From an uncultured Elusimicrobia bacterium (GTDB taxonomy: Bacteria; Elusimicrobiota; Elusimicrobia; 2-01-FULL-59-12), in the NCBI GenBank assembly GCA_963702895.1, contig OY969767.1:2208001-2272000 (forward strand): a DNA stretch of 64,000 nucleotides. The letters are read 5' to 3'. The notes beneath the pieces were generated by a model. The model worked only from the letters and a program-made list of their open reading frames with translations, was not told the DNA's origin and did not search any database. Position 1 is the stretch's first letter, and the number at the start of each line of letters is the position of its first letter. Positions 55,901 to 61,581 of this stretch are shown here, piece after piece. Both the position numbers and the translations under genes were made by a program.

Positions 55901-58036
55901 GCTTGCCGGGTCGACCCAGGTCGGAACGCTTCCTGCTCCGTTGGACTGCAGGACTTGACCGGAGCTGCCGCTTGCACCCGCAAGCTTCAGCGTGTTCTGG
56001 ATATTGAGATCAAGAACCGTGCCGCTTGACACATAGAAGGTTGCCCCGGCTTGGAGGGTCTCCCGGATGAGAATGACGTCCGTGGCGGCATTGGTGATGA
56101 GATCGCTCCATGCACCGTTTTGGTAGCCGCGGAATTTCGCGCCGCTGGCGTTATAGTAGATCATGCCGTTGACCCCGACCGCCGGGTCCCCGGCGTCGGA
56201 CTTGCGCGGCACAAGGATACTTCCCCCATCCCCTGTGATGTCCAAAAGCGCCTGGGGATTCGCTGTGCCGATGCCCACCAGGCCCCCCAACATCGCCAGA
56301 TAAGCGTTCGAGGAGATGCTCACCGCCTGCCCGGAGGCTCCGAAGAGCGCGGCGTTCGCTACGGTGATGCTGGAGCCATAGGTCTGCGGCGCGCTCCAAA
56401 GCTGGTTTTTGTCCACATAGGCCACGGTCGAGGGCAGCACAGCGCTGGCGATACCGCTCGCAATGTTGGCACCGGTGAGACCTGTCAGGCCTGAACCGAG
56501 ACCCGTAAAGCTGCCCGCCACCACGCCGTAGGTGACGTTCAAACCGCCGGAAGAAGTCACGATCTGGTTGGCCGTCCAGGTGTTGGTGGTAGAAAGCAGG
56601 GCGCTGGCCTGCGCCGGGTCCACCCACGTCGGCGCGGCGCTCGCGCCACCCGACTGCAGGACCTGGCCGGAGGAACCCACGCTGCCGTTGATCGAAAGCG
56701 GGGCGTTCGCGGTGAGGGTCAAAGTCCCGGCCGTCACGCCATAAGTGACCGCCGCGCCGCCAGCACTCGTCACCGTGATGCTCGACCCATACGTCTGCGG
56801 CGCGCTCCAAAGCTGGTTCTTGTCCACATAGGCCACCGTCGACGGCAGTACCGCGCTCGGGATGCCCGTCACGATGTTGGCGCCGGTGAGGCTCGTGAGG
56901 TTGGTGCCCAGGCCCGTAAAGCTCCCCGCCACCACACCATAAGTCACGTTCAGCCCGCCGGAAGAGGTCATGATCTGGTTGGCCGTCCAGGTGTTGGTCG
57001 TCGAAAGAAGCGCGCTGGCGCTGGCCGCCGGGACCCACGTCGGGGCCGATCCGGCCCCGTTTGATTGGAGCACCTCGCCGCTTGAGCCTGCGCTGCCGTT
57101 GATCGAAAGCGGGGCATTCGCCAAGAGGGTGAGGCTCCCCGCCACCACGCCGTAAGTGGCGCTCATGCCGCCGGCATGCGTCACCGTGATGCTCGAAGCA
57201 AAGGTCTTGTTGCCCGTGATGTTCTGGTCGGTGTCCGTGTAGACCACATTGGCCGGCAAATCACCTCCGGCGATGGTCGCGCTCACGAGCTTCTTGTTCC
57301 CATCGGTCTTGACGAACTGGCTCGCGCTCAGATCATTGGCCGTCACGCTGCCCGCCACGATGCCGTAGATCACGTTCAGCCCGCCGGCGTTCGTCACGGT
57401 GAGACTCGAGATCATGGTCACAGGGTTCTGGAACGTCTGATCGGCCGTCCAGGTGTTGGTTGAGTTGAGCAAGCCGTCGCCGGCAATGAGACCGTCGACG
57501 TACTCCTTCGTGGTCAGTTCGGAATCGACCGTCGGCGTGAGTGATCCGCTCTTGCGCGGGAAGGTGGAAAAGGTCTTCAGGCCGTCGATGGATTGGGCCG
57601 TGAAGGTATCGATAAAGGCGTCATAGGTCCGGCCGGAGAGCATGTGCGTGTTGAAGGAAAAAGGCGCGCTCAAAAGCGTTTCGCGCGGCGTAAGGGCTTC
57701 CCCTTCGACCTCGATCTGCAAATAGACGGACGTGCTGTCAAAGACCGAAAAGGGGATGGGCGTCCCCGATCCGATCGAGGCGTTGAAGACGCCGTTGGTG
57801 ACCGTGAGGGTCTGGGATTCGGACCAGGGGCTGGCCGCGGGGAGCTGCGTGCCTCCGGAGAGATCGCTATAAAACTTGAAAACGAAATCGATATTGCCGC
57901 TCGTGGGATTGTTGCTCGTGTCGGTGAGGCGCCCCTGGAAATTGATCACCTGGGGGACATCGGCCGCATAAGACAGGCCGATCGAAAATACCACTAAACT
58001 CACGAGCCGTATGAGGTGGCGTGCGTTCCGGGTCAC
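43949..58036 (-). CDS. Giant (4695 aa) secreted modular fibre/adhesin-like protein with a phage-tail-fibre-like C-terminal domain
   Basis: Signal peptide LSYA|AD; N-domain VPQVINFQGRLTD...LTPR..LLSAPF; recurring STNTWT, GSSGQVLQS.G...PTW and SQFVKTD..KKLVS modules; C-terminus IDWSNGNTQ..LTGN...QDATGGR..NWP..FPGG..P.LS..GNKTD. Confidence 0.85.
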   Translation of the reverse strand: MTRNARHLIRLVSLVVFSIGLSYAADVPQVINFQGRLTDTSNNPTSGNIDFVFKFYSDLSGGTQLPAASPWSESQTLTVTNGVFNASIGSGTPIPFSVFDSTSVYLQIEVEGEALTPRETLLSAPFSFNTHMLSGRTYDAFIDTFTAQSIDGLKTFSTFPRKSGSLTPTVDSELTTKEYVDGLIAGDGLLNSTNTWTADQTFQNPVTMISSLTVTNAGGLNVIYGIVAGSVTANDLSASQFVKTDGNKKLVSATIAGGDLPANVVYTDTDQNITGNKTFASSITVTHAGGMSATYGVVAGSLTLLANAPLSINGSAGSSGEVLQSNGAGSAPTWVPAASASALLSTTNTWTANQIMTSSGGLNVTYGVVAGSFTGLGTNLTSLTGANIVTGIPSAVLPSTVAYVDKNQLWSAPQTYGSSITVTSAGGAAVTYGVTAGTLTLTANAPLSINGSVGSSGQVLQSGGASAAPTWVDPAQASALLSTTNTWTANQIVTSSGGLNVTYGVVAGSFTGLGSGLTGLTGANIASGIASAVLPSTVAYVDKNQLWSAPQTYGSSITVANAALFGASGQAVSISSNAYLAMLGGLVGIGTANPQALLDITGDGGSILVPRKSDAGDPAVGVNGMIYYNASGAKFRGYQNGAWSDLITNAATDVILIRETLQAGATFYVSSGTVLDLNIQNTLKLAGASGSSGQVLQSNGAGSVPTWVDPASASTLLATTNTWTANQIMTSSGGLNVTYGVVAGSFTGVGSGLTALTPANISAGTAGIDITGNAATASYATSAGSAGSLAGGATTFILLSDSLQSGATFFVSSGTVQALRVGSSIALPAQSVALAALANGTLPNTVVASSITPLSVYPAAVQSSIYPNITGVGAQSQSLSMNSHQINNLLDPTGPYDAATKVYVDVLVYGNTNYIHVKESLQPGSTFYVSSGTVLDLNIQNTLKLAGASGSSGQVLQSNGAGSVPTWVDPASASALLNSTNTWTAWQTFQNDVTVSTNLIVNAGSVRLNPLTASQFVKTDADKKLVSATIASGDLPANVVYTDTNQTISGVKTLTSSLTVTSAGGVGVTYGVAAGSFTGLGTGLTNLTGANIVTGIASTVLPSTVAYVDKNQLWSAPQTYGSSVTVTSIGGAAVSYGVTAGTLTLTANAPLSINGSVGSSGQILQSGGASAAPTWVDPASASALLNSTNTWTATQMYVSSIAVSAPGGIGLTYGLVAGSVTTTGDVNVKGLSYNWPAAHTVGVLSNNGAGGLTWAPAGAGEYILNTNTLQAGSTAYPDFLYVGSSATVLGPGGLRAIYGVVAGSLTLNGELVAGGSAGSSGYTLQSNGPGAAPTWVAVPGASSLLSSTNTWTAGQTFVSSVTFSSMVVAGNGVGSSGQVLQSNGPGAVPTWVNPGSADVLLASTNTWTAWQTFQNDVTVSTNLIVNAGSLQLNPLTASQFVKTDSSKKLVSATIASGDLPANVVYTDTNQTISGVKTLTSSLTVTSAGGVGVTYGVAAGSFTGLGSGLTGLTGSSIASGIPSTVLPSTVAYVDKNQLWSAPQTYGSSVTVANAALFGASGQAVSISSNAYLAMLGGLVGIGTANPQALLDITGDGGSILVPRKSDAGDPAVGVNGMIYYNASGAKFRGYQNGAWSDLITNAATDVILIRETLQAGATFYVSSGTVLDLNIQNTLKLAGASGSSGQVLQSNGAGSVPTWVDPAQASALLASTNTWTANQIMTSSGGLNVTYGVVAGSVTANDLSASQFVKTDADKKLVSATIASGDLPANVVYTDTNQTISGVKTLTSSLTVTSAGGVGVTYGVAAGSFTGLGTGLTNLTGANIVTGIASTVLPSTVAYVDKNQLWSAPQTYGSSITVANAALFGASGQAVSISSNAYLAMLGGLVGIGTANPQALLDITGDGGSILVPRKSDAGDPAVGVNGMIYYNASGAKFRGYQNGAWSDLITNAATDVILIRETLQAGATFYVSSGTVLDLNIQNTLKLAGASGSSGQVLQSNGAGSVPTWVDPASASALLNSTNTWTATQMYVSSIAVSAPGGIGLTYGLVAGSVTTTGDVNVKGLSYNWPAAHTVGVLSNNGAGGLTWAPAGAGEYILNTNTLQAGSTAYPDFLYVGSSATVLGPGGLRAIYGVVAGSLTLNGELVAGGSAGSSGYTLQSNGPGAAPTWVAVPGASSLLSSTNTWTAGQTFVSSVTFSSMVVAGNGVGSSGQVLQSNGPGAVPTWVNPGSADVLLASTNTWTAWQTFQNDVTVSTNLIVNAGSLQLNPLTASQFVKTDSSKKLVSATIASGDLPANVVYTDTNQTISGVKTLTSSLTVTSAGGVGVTYGVAAGSFTGLGTGLTNLTGANIVTGIASTVLPSTVAYVDKNQLWSAPQTYGSSVTVANAALFGASGQAVSISSNAYLAMLGGLVGIGTANPQALLDITGDGGSILVPRKSDAGDPAVGVNGMIYYNASGAKFRGYQNGAWSDLITNAATDVILIRETLQAGATFYVSSGTVLDLNIQNTLKLAGASGSSGQVLQSNGAGSVPTWVDPAQASALLASTNTWTANQIMTSSGGLNVTYGVVAGSVTANDLSASQFVKTDGNKKLVSATIASGDLPANVVYTDTNQTISGVKTLTSSLTVTSAGGVGVTYGVAAGSFTGLGTGLTNLTGANIVTGIASTVLPSTVAYVDKNQLWSAPQTYGSSVTVTSIGGAAVSYGVTAGTLTLTANAPLSINGSVGSSGQILQSGGASAAPTWVDPASASALLNSTNTWTAWQTFQNDVTVSTNLIVNAGSVRLNPLTASQFVKTDADKKLVSATIASGDLPANVVYTDTNQTISGVKTLTSSLTVTSAGGVGVTYGVAAGSFTGLGTGLTNLTGANIVTGIASTVLPSTVAYLSSTNTWTGGQTIASPSGVSVTYGVVAGSVTANDLSASQFVKTDGNKKLVSATIASGDLPANVVYTDTNQTISGVKTLTSSLTVTSAGGVGVTYGVAAGSFTGLGTGLTNLTGANIVTGIASTVLPSTVAYVDKNQLWSAPQTYGSSVTVTSIGGAAVSYGVTAGTLTLTANAPLSINGSVGSSGQILQSGGASAAPTWVDPASASALLNSTNTWTAWQTFQNDVTVSTNLIVNAGSLQLNPLTASQFVKTDSSKKLVSATIASGDLPANVVYTDTNQTISGVKTLTSSLTVTSAGGVGVTYGVAAGSFTGLGTGLTNLTGANIVTGIASTVLPSTVAYVDKNQLWSAPQTYGSSVTVTNAALLGASGQAVTISSNLVVSGAVLASNNSGTSGQVLQSQGPGAAPTWVSPASASALLNSTNTWTAWQTFQNDVTVSTNLIVNAGSLQLNPLTASQFVKTDSSKKLVSATIASGDLPANVVYTDTNQTISGVKTLTSSLTVTSAGGVGVTYGVAAGSFTGLGTGLTNLTGANIVTGIASTVLPSTVAYVDKNQLWSAPQTYGSSITVANAALFGASGQAVSISSNAYLAMLGGLVGIGTANPQALLDITGDGGSILVPRKSDAGDPAVGVNGMIYYNASGAKFRGYQNGAWSDLITNAATDVILIRETLQAGATFYVSSGTVLDLNIQNTLKLAGASGSSGQVLQSNGAGSVPTWVDPASASALLNSTNTWTAWQTFQNDVTVSTNLIVNAGSLQLNPLTASQFVKTDSSKKLVSATIASGDLPANVVYTDTNQTISGVKTLTSSLTVTSAGGVGVTYGVAAGSFTGLGTGLTNLTGANIVTGIASTVLPSTVAYVDKNQLWSAPQTYGSSITVANAALFGASGQAVTISSNLVVSGAVLASNNSGTSGQVLQSQGPGAAPTWVSPASASALLNSTNTWTAWQTFQNDVTVSTNLIVNAGSLQLNPLTASQFVKTDSSKKLVSATIASGDLPANVVYTDTNQTISGVKTLTSSLTVTSAGGVGVTYGVAAGSFTGLGTGLTNLTGANIVTGIASTVLPSTVAYVDKNQLWSAPQTYGSSVTVTNAALLGASGQAVTISSNLVVSGAVLASNNSGTSGQVLQSQGPGAAPTWVSPASASALLNSTNTWTAWQTFQNDVTVSTNLIVNAGSLQLNPLTASQFVKTDSSKKLVSATIASGDLPANVVYTDTNQTISGVKTLTSSLTVTSAGGVGVTYGVAAGSFTGLGTGLTNLTGANIVTGIASTVLPSTVAYVDKNQLWSAPQTYGSSITVANAALFGASGQAVTISSNLVVSGAVLASNNSGTSGQVLQSQGPGAAPTWVSPASASALLNSTNTWTAWQTFQNDVTVSTNLIVNAGSLQLNPLTASQFVKTDSSKKLVSATIASGDLPANVVYTDTNQTISGVKTLTSSLTVTSAGGVGVTYGVAAGSFTGLGTGLTNLTGANIVTGIASTVLPSTVAYLSSTNTWTGGQTIASPSGVSVTYGVVAGSVTANDLSASQFVKTDGNKKLVSATIASGDLPANVVYTDTNQTISGVKTLTSSLTVTSAGGVGVTYGVVAGSVTANDLSASQFVKTDGSKKLVSAGLVAGDLPGGATSYIQLTQSLQTGSTFYVSSGTVQTQLALNGALVLSGSAGTASQVLQSNGPGAAPTWGAGATGLLSSTNTWTAGQTYVSSVTFSSMVVVNNASLAITNGQFGSTINQKGSTGSGSVEIDWSNGNTQHVVLTGNPTLTFANGISGRKYVLMVKQDATGGRNINWPGTIRFPGGAYPVLSSAGNKTDYMAFIFNDVDSTYDNLAYTLNY

Positions 58037-58149
58037 GTGACCTTTCTATAGGAGAAGAGCCCAGACCTCAAGTATCAAACTTGTAAATTTTTTGAGGATG
58101 GAACAGTTCTAGATCTCGGCATGTTTTTAGGAGGGCGTGAGAGTTCGTT

Positions 58150-58164
58150 GAGATTTTGGTGAGC
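58150..58164. promoter_or_regulatory. 15-bp motif GAGATTTTGGTGAGC upstream of the giant gene
   Basis: Exact second copy at 60721-60735, upstream of the next minus-strand gene. Confidence 0.45.
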
Positions 58165-58189
58165 CGCTACACGCCTTAACAAAAGGTTT

Positions 58190-58541
58190 GGGCCGGGCGA
58201 GCTCCGCTCGCTCCATGGCGTTTTCTCCTCCTTCGCCAAGGATACGGAGGAGCGCCGTTTCCCTTCGGACAGGCCTCACAACTCCCGTTCGCCTGTTCCT
58301 CTTCGACGGGACCAGCGGCGATCAACTCATCCGCCGCAGGTCCTCGTCCCCCAGGCCCCCTATCTTCAGAGGATGGGGGACTTCGTCGGACCCCGTCCTC
58401 TTGGTAAGCGCGACTGCGCGATATCGTCGGGGCCGCCCCATCCTTATACCGGTATAGGAAAGTGGGGCGGACAGTTCGGCCTCGGCGTCCTCAGGGATCC
58501 GGCTGAAAACGCCAAGTCGCTCGCCAGAGCTCGCCCGGCCC
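58190..58541. repeat. Structured MITE-like element with 15-bp terminal inverted repeat and inner module 58341-58474
   Basis: gggccgggcgagctc / gagctcgcccggccc; inner stem tggcgttttc / gaaaacgcca. Confidence 0.75.
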
Positions 58542-58606
58542 TCGTTGGCTGCAGGTGGTCACTTCTCAATAAAATCTGACAAGCATTCCACTATCAAATG
58601 CGCCCG

Positions 58607-58897
58607 CGGCAGAGCATGGGACGAGCGAGTGACTTGAGGCTTGAGCCCCGAAGGCGGAGACGATGCTCCGAGCACTGTCCGCCCCGCTTCCTCCAGAAGT
58701 TTTCATGGCTGGGGTGGCCCCGGCATTACACGCGCCTACGGCGCTTATAAAGTGGGCGGGGCCGACGAAGTCCCCCGTCCTCTTGAACGAGGGGGTCCGG
58801 GGGACGAGGAGTTGTGCGAGGAGTCGGAACCTGAGGGGCGCCCCCCCAGACTTCTGGGGGGCAAGCCGAACGGAACGAGCTGTCCCATGCTCTGCCG
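58607..58897. repeat. Structured MITE-like element with 16-bp terminal inverted repeat and inner module 58675-58810
   Basis: cggcagagcatgggac / gtcccatgctctgccg; inner module is a diverged reverse complement of 58341-58474. Confidence 0.75.
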
Positions 58898-58903
58898 AGG
58901 GAG

Positions 58904-60607
58904 CTAGCGCGCGACGACGACCGTCCCCGAGGCCGAGGTGCCTCCCTGCTCGATCTGGTAGAGGTAGATGCCGCCGGGGACGGCTTTGCCTCCGTCGTCT
59001 TTGCCATCCCAGGCCAGCGTCGAATCGGAGGCAGGTCCGGGCGCAAGCTCCGCCACAAAAGCATCCGAGAGGTCATACATTTTCCCGGAGAGCGGCAGGA
59101 GCTGCGGGTTGTCAAACTCGAAAATCACTTTGTCATTCCAACCGTCGCCATTCGGCGAAAAGATCCGCGGGTAGACGCGCGTGAGGACGAGTCCCGACGC
59201 GTGGGAGGCGGCCCGGATCTGGAAGTGCCCGATTCTTGGCGCCGTAAAGGAGACCGTGTTGTCGGTCGTATTGATGACGGCCGAGGTTTTGACCCACTCG
59301 TTGCCGTTAAACCAGAAGAGCGAGAGCTCCTCGGCCGCCTGCGCGGAATCGATGAGCGGGATCCTGAACGGTCGGCTCGCCGCAGGTGCCCCGGGAACAA
59401 CGACGCCGCCTGAGACGCTGTAGGCGAGCGTCCCCCGGAGGACCGGCAAAGCAAACGTGGGGGCGGCAATCTCCTCCCCCGTATCGTAGTTGAAGAGCTT
59501 CACCGACATGGACCGGGCGACGCGGCCGGTCTCTTCCGAGGAAACTTCCGTCAAGGTGAGCTCGAGGTCTGATCCATAGGTGGTTTGGCCGCGCAAGAAG
59601 ACATTGGCGGAGTTCTGCGGGAGCTGGATCCGTGAGACGAAATCGGATGCCACAAAATAATGGTTCAGGTCGCTCGAGTCATCCAAGACCCTGCTCCAGT
59701 CGGAGGTCTGGCCGTCCGTGTCGATAGTTTTAAGCGCGTAATAGGTCACCGTGCCGTCCGTGGTCGTCGTCCAACTCGCCGCCGCGGGCGTCGACACAAC
59801 CACCCACTGACTGCGCGCTTGGAGGAGGCTGGTCGAGGTGTAAATCTGATAGCCGAAGAGGTTCGTCATGGCGCTGCCATCGGTGCGCTCGGTGACGGCG
59901 TGCCACTGGAAATCGATCTGATAGGCGCTGGGACCTGTTTGTGTGCGCGTCAGCGAAAATCCCGTCGGCATGCGGGGCAGGCTCGCCGTGCCGGGGATCG
60001 TCACCGTGATGCTGTTGCTGGTGGCGCTCGGCACATTCAGGTCATTGAGCGCCAAGACCCTGTACTCGTAGGTGGCCCCCGGCGTGACGCTTGCGTCCGT
60101 CGAGGTCGTGGCGGTTTCGCTGGCGATCGCCGAAAACGAAAGGCCGTCGGAGCTGCGCTCAACCACAAAGACCGTCCCGTCGGGATTGCCGTTGCCGTCC
60201 CAGGAGAGCCCCACGGCGATGAAGCTCACCGAGGTCGTCGTCAGGGCGAGCGGCGGATTGGCCAGGGTGCAGGTGCTCACCGAAGCGGTCCAGCTTGACG
60301 AGCTGTCTTCGACCGTGTCATAGGCGATCACGCGGGTGAAATAGACGGCGTTCACGTCGAGCGCCGTGAAGGTCGAGCTCAGGACCAGCGTGCTCGAAGA
60401 GTGCGGCTCGACGAAGGCGCTCGAGGCGAGCTCCACCGTATACTGGACCGTGGTTCCGGCGAGTCCTTGCCAGTCCACCGCGAGCGTCGTGGCCGTAACG
60501 CTCGAGAAAACGACCGCGGTCGGGTCGGGCGGCGCCGCCTCAAGGCGCGCGGCCACCAGCAGAGGCGCGAGGACGCCCCCCAGAAATAGCGATAGTCTTC
60601 TGGCCAT
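58904..60607 (-). CDS. Secreted FN3-repeat protein with a gliding-motility-associated (T9SS type-B-like) C-terminal domain
   Basis: Signal peptide; FN3 motifs (LSWD...YEYRVLALN); FSPNGDGWND...WDGKD..G..VPGGIYLYQ. ORF is open from 60643. Confidence 0.82.
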   Translation of the reverse strand: MARRLSLFLGGVLAPLLVAARLEAAPPDPTAVVFSSVTATTLAVDWQGLAGTTVQYTVELASSAFVEPHSSSTLVLSSTFTALDVNAVYFTRVIAYDTVEDSSSSWTASVSTCTLANPPLALTTTSVSFIAVGLSWDGNGNPDGTVFVVERSSDGLSFSAIASETATTSTDASVTPGATYEYRVLALNDLNVPSATSNSITVTIPGTASLPRMPTGFSLTRTQTGPSAYQIDFQWHAVTERTDGSAMTNLFGYQIYTSTSLLQARSQWVVVSTPAAASWTTTTDGTVTYYALKTIDTDGQTSDWSRVLDDSSDLNHYFVASDFVSRIQLPQNSANVFLRGQTTYGSDLELTLTEVSSEETGRVARSMSVKLFNYDTGEEIAAPTFALPVLRGTLAYSVSGGVVVPGAPAASRPFRIPLIDSAQAAEELSLFWFNGNEWVKTSAVINTTDNTVSFTAPRIGHFQIRAASHASGLVLTRVYPRIFSPNGDGWNDKVIFEFDNPQLLPLSGKMYDLSDAFVAELAPGPASDSTLAWDGKDDGGKAVPGGIYLYQIEQGGTSASGTVVVAR

Positions 60608-60743
60608 ACACACCCATATAGAGTGGAATAGTCCTTCCGACAAGTATTTTTGTTGTAAAGAATTTGAGGTTAATACAGACTGATTTTTAGACTATTTTTG
60701 AAACCGGCCGTCTGTTTCGTGAGATTTTGGTGAGCTGCAACAG

Positions 60744-60873
60744 CTTGGGGACGGTCTCCAGACTTCCGGCGACCGCCCGCCGGATGTCTTGGCGGACGTT
60801 CCTCACGATCTCACGGTTGCGAGCAGCGAGACAAGATAGGCAACACCGTGAGATCGTGAGGAACGTCCCCAAG
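60744..60873. repeat. REP-like hairpin (GGGGACGTTCCTCACGATCTCACG family) with an insertion in the left arm
   Basis: cttggggacg[...ccgccggatgtcttggcgg]acgttcctcacgatctcacgg ... ccgtgagatcgtgaggaacgtccccaag. Confidence 0.8.
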
Positions 60874-60880
60874 GCGTAAG

Positions 60881-60997
60881 GCCAAGAGTGCTGGGGGTAG
60901 GACGTGAGCTCGTCGAAGCGAGCTCACGCCTACGTAGGGCGAAGCCCGCCAGATTTATCCGCCTTCGCTCGGCATGCTGCCGCGCAGCTTCGGCGGA
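60881..60997 (-). pseudogene. tRNA-Tyr 3'-half copy with hairpins inserted at the T-loop and anticodon loop
   Basis: Matches 61019-61076 except that the T-loop is replaced by cgtgagctcgtcgaagcgagctcacg; breaks at the anticodon into tccgccttcgct...gcttcggcgga. Confidence 0.8.
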
Positions 60998-61026
60998 CAA
61001 GCAGTTTACGCACGAGAGGCCAAGAG

Positions 61027-61110
61027 TGCTGGGGGTAGGATTTGAACCTACGTAGGGCGTAGCCCGCCAGATTTACAGTCTGGTGCATTTGACCGCTCTG
61101 CCACCCCAGC
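61027..61110 (-). tRNA. tRNA-Tyr(GTA)
   Basis: GCTGGGG acceptor stem, CCAGA-CTGTAAA-TCTGG anticodon arm, long variable arm, GGTTCAAATCC; CCA not encoded. Confidence 0.95.
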
Positions 61111-61144
61111 ACTCTTGGCCCAAAGAGCATTCTGCATTTGCTTG

Positions 61145-61202
61145 TCCCCCGCAGCCTTGGCGAAGGGGGAACCGCTCTGCCACCCCAGCACCCTTGGCCC
61201 AA
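61145..61202 (-). pseudogene. tRNA-Tyr 5'-fragment copy ending in a hairpin at the D-loop
   Basis: 61171-61202 repeats the leader plus GCTGGGGTGGCAGAGCGGT, then tcccccttcgccaaggctgcggggga (minus strand). Confidence 0.75.
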
Positions 61203-61506
61203 CACGGTTCTGGTTTTCAACTGCGCGGGCGTTATTATACAACGCCCTACGAAGGCGTGAGCTTGTCGCTTTTTTCGTGTCGCCCTCCCCCTCCTTCAAC
61301 GAACAACGGAAGCCCAGAAGAGCGGCAGCCCTGAACAGCGGCAGACCCGAGGGGCAGCGAGTGGCCCTTCTCTTTGAAAGTACCTCTCATCGCCATTCCG
61401 GCATGCCGACGTTCGGGTTTGCCGCCGCTCTTGTCCCCATGCAGTGGGTCCCCCAACCCTTCACAAGGCCTCCCTGCGTCCGAGATATCCTTCCTTTCAT
61501 GGAAAG

Positions 61507-61544
61507 TTAACAAGCCTGTAACAATGCGTTAATCGTGCTGTAAC
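61507..61544 (+). promoter_or_regulatory. Four direct pentamer boxes at 11-bp spacing upstream of the PorV-like gene
   Basis: ttaac-N6-gtaac-N6-ttaat-N6-gtaac. Confidence 0.5.
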
Positions 61545-61581
61545 CTTCGAGGGTCATACTTATCGCGACAGGGCTATAGTT

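Noticed and set aside
44661..57038. Long alternate-frame ORFs (869 aa, 969 aa and others) within the giant gene
   Set aside because: Arg/His-rich off-frame translations expected from repetitive high-GC3 coding DNA.
43949..58036. A prophage suggested by the tail-fibre-like motifs
   Set aside because: The protein has a Sec signal peptide, and no capsid, terminase or integrase genes are present.
58675..58810. Hammerhead ribozyme suggested by ccgacgaag
   Set aside because: It lacks the CUGAnGA core and a correctly placed GAAA; kept only as an unknown structured module.
58188..59184. Short ORFs between the giant gene and the FN3 gene
   Set aside because: They coincide with GC-rich structured inverted-repeat elements or are antisense to the real gene.
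61247..61513. Possible small CDS or ncRNA between tRNA-Tyr and the PorV-like gene
   Set aside because: No recognisable motif, RBS or RNA family; only a TATAAT on the minus strand near 61234-61239 that may serve the tRNA.
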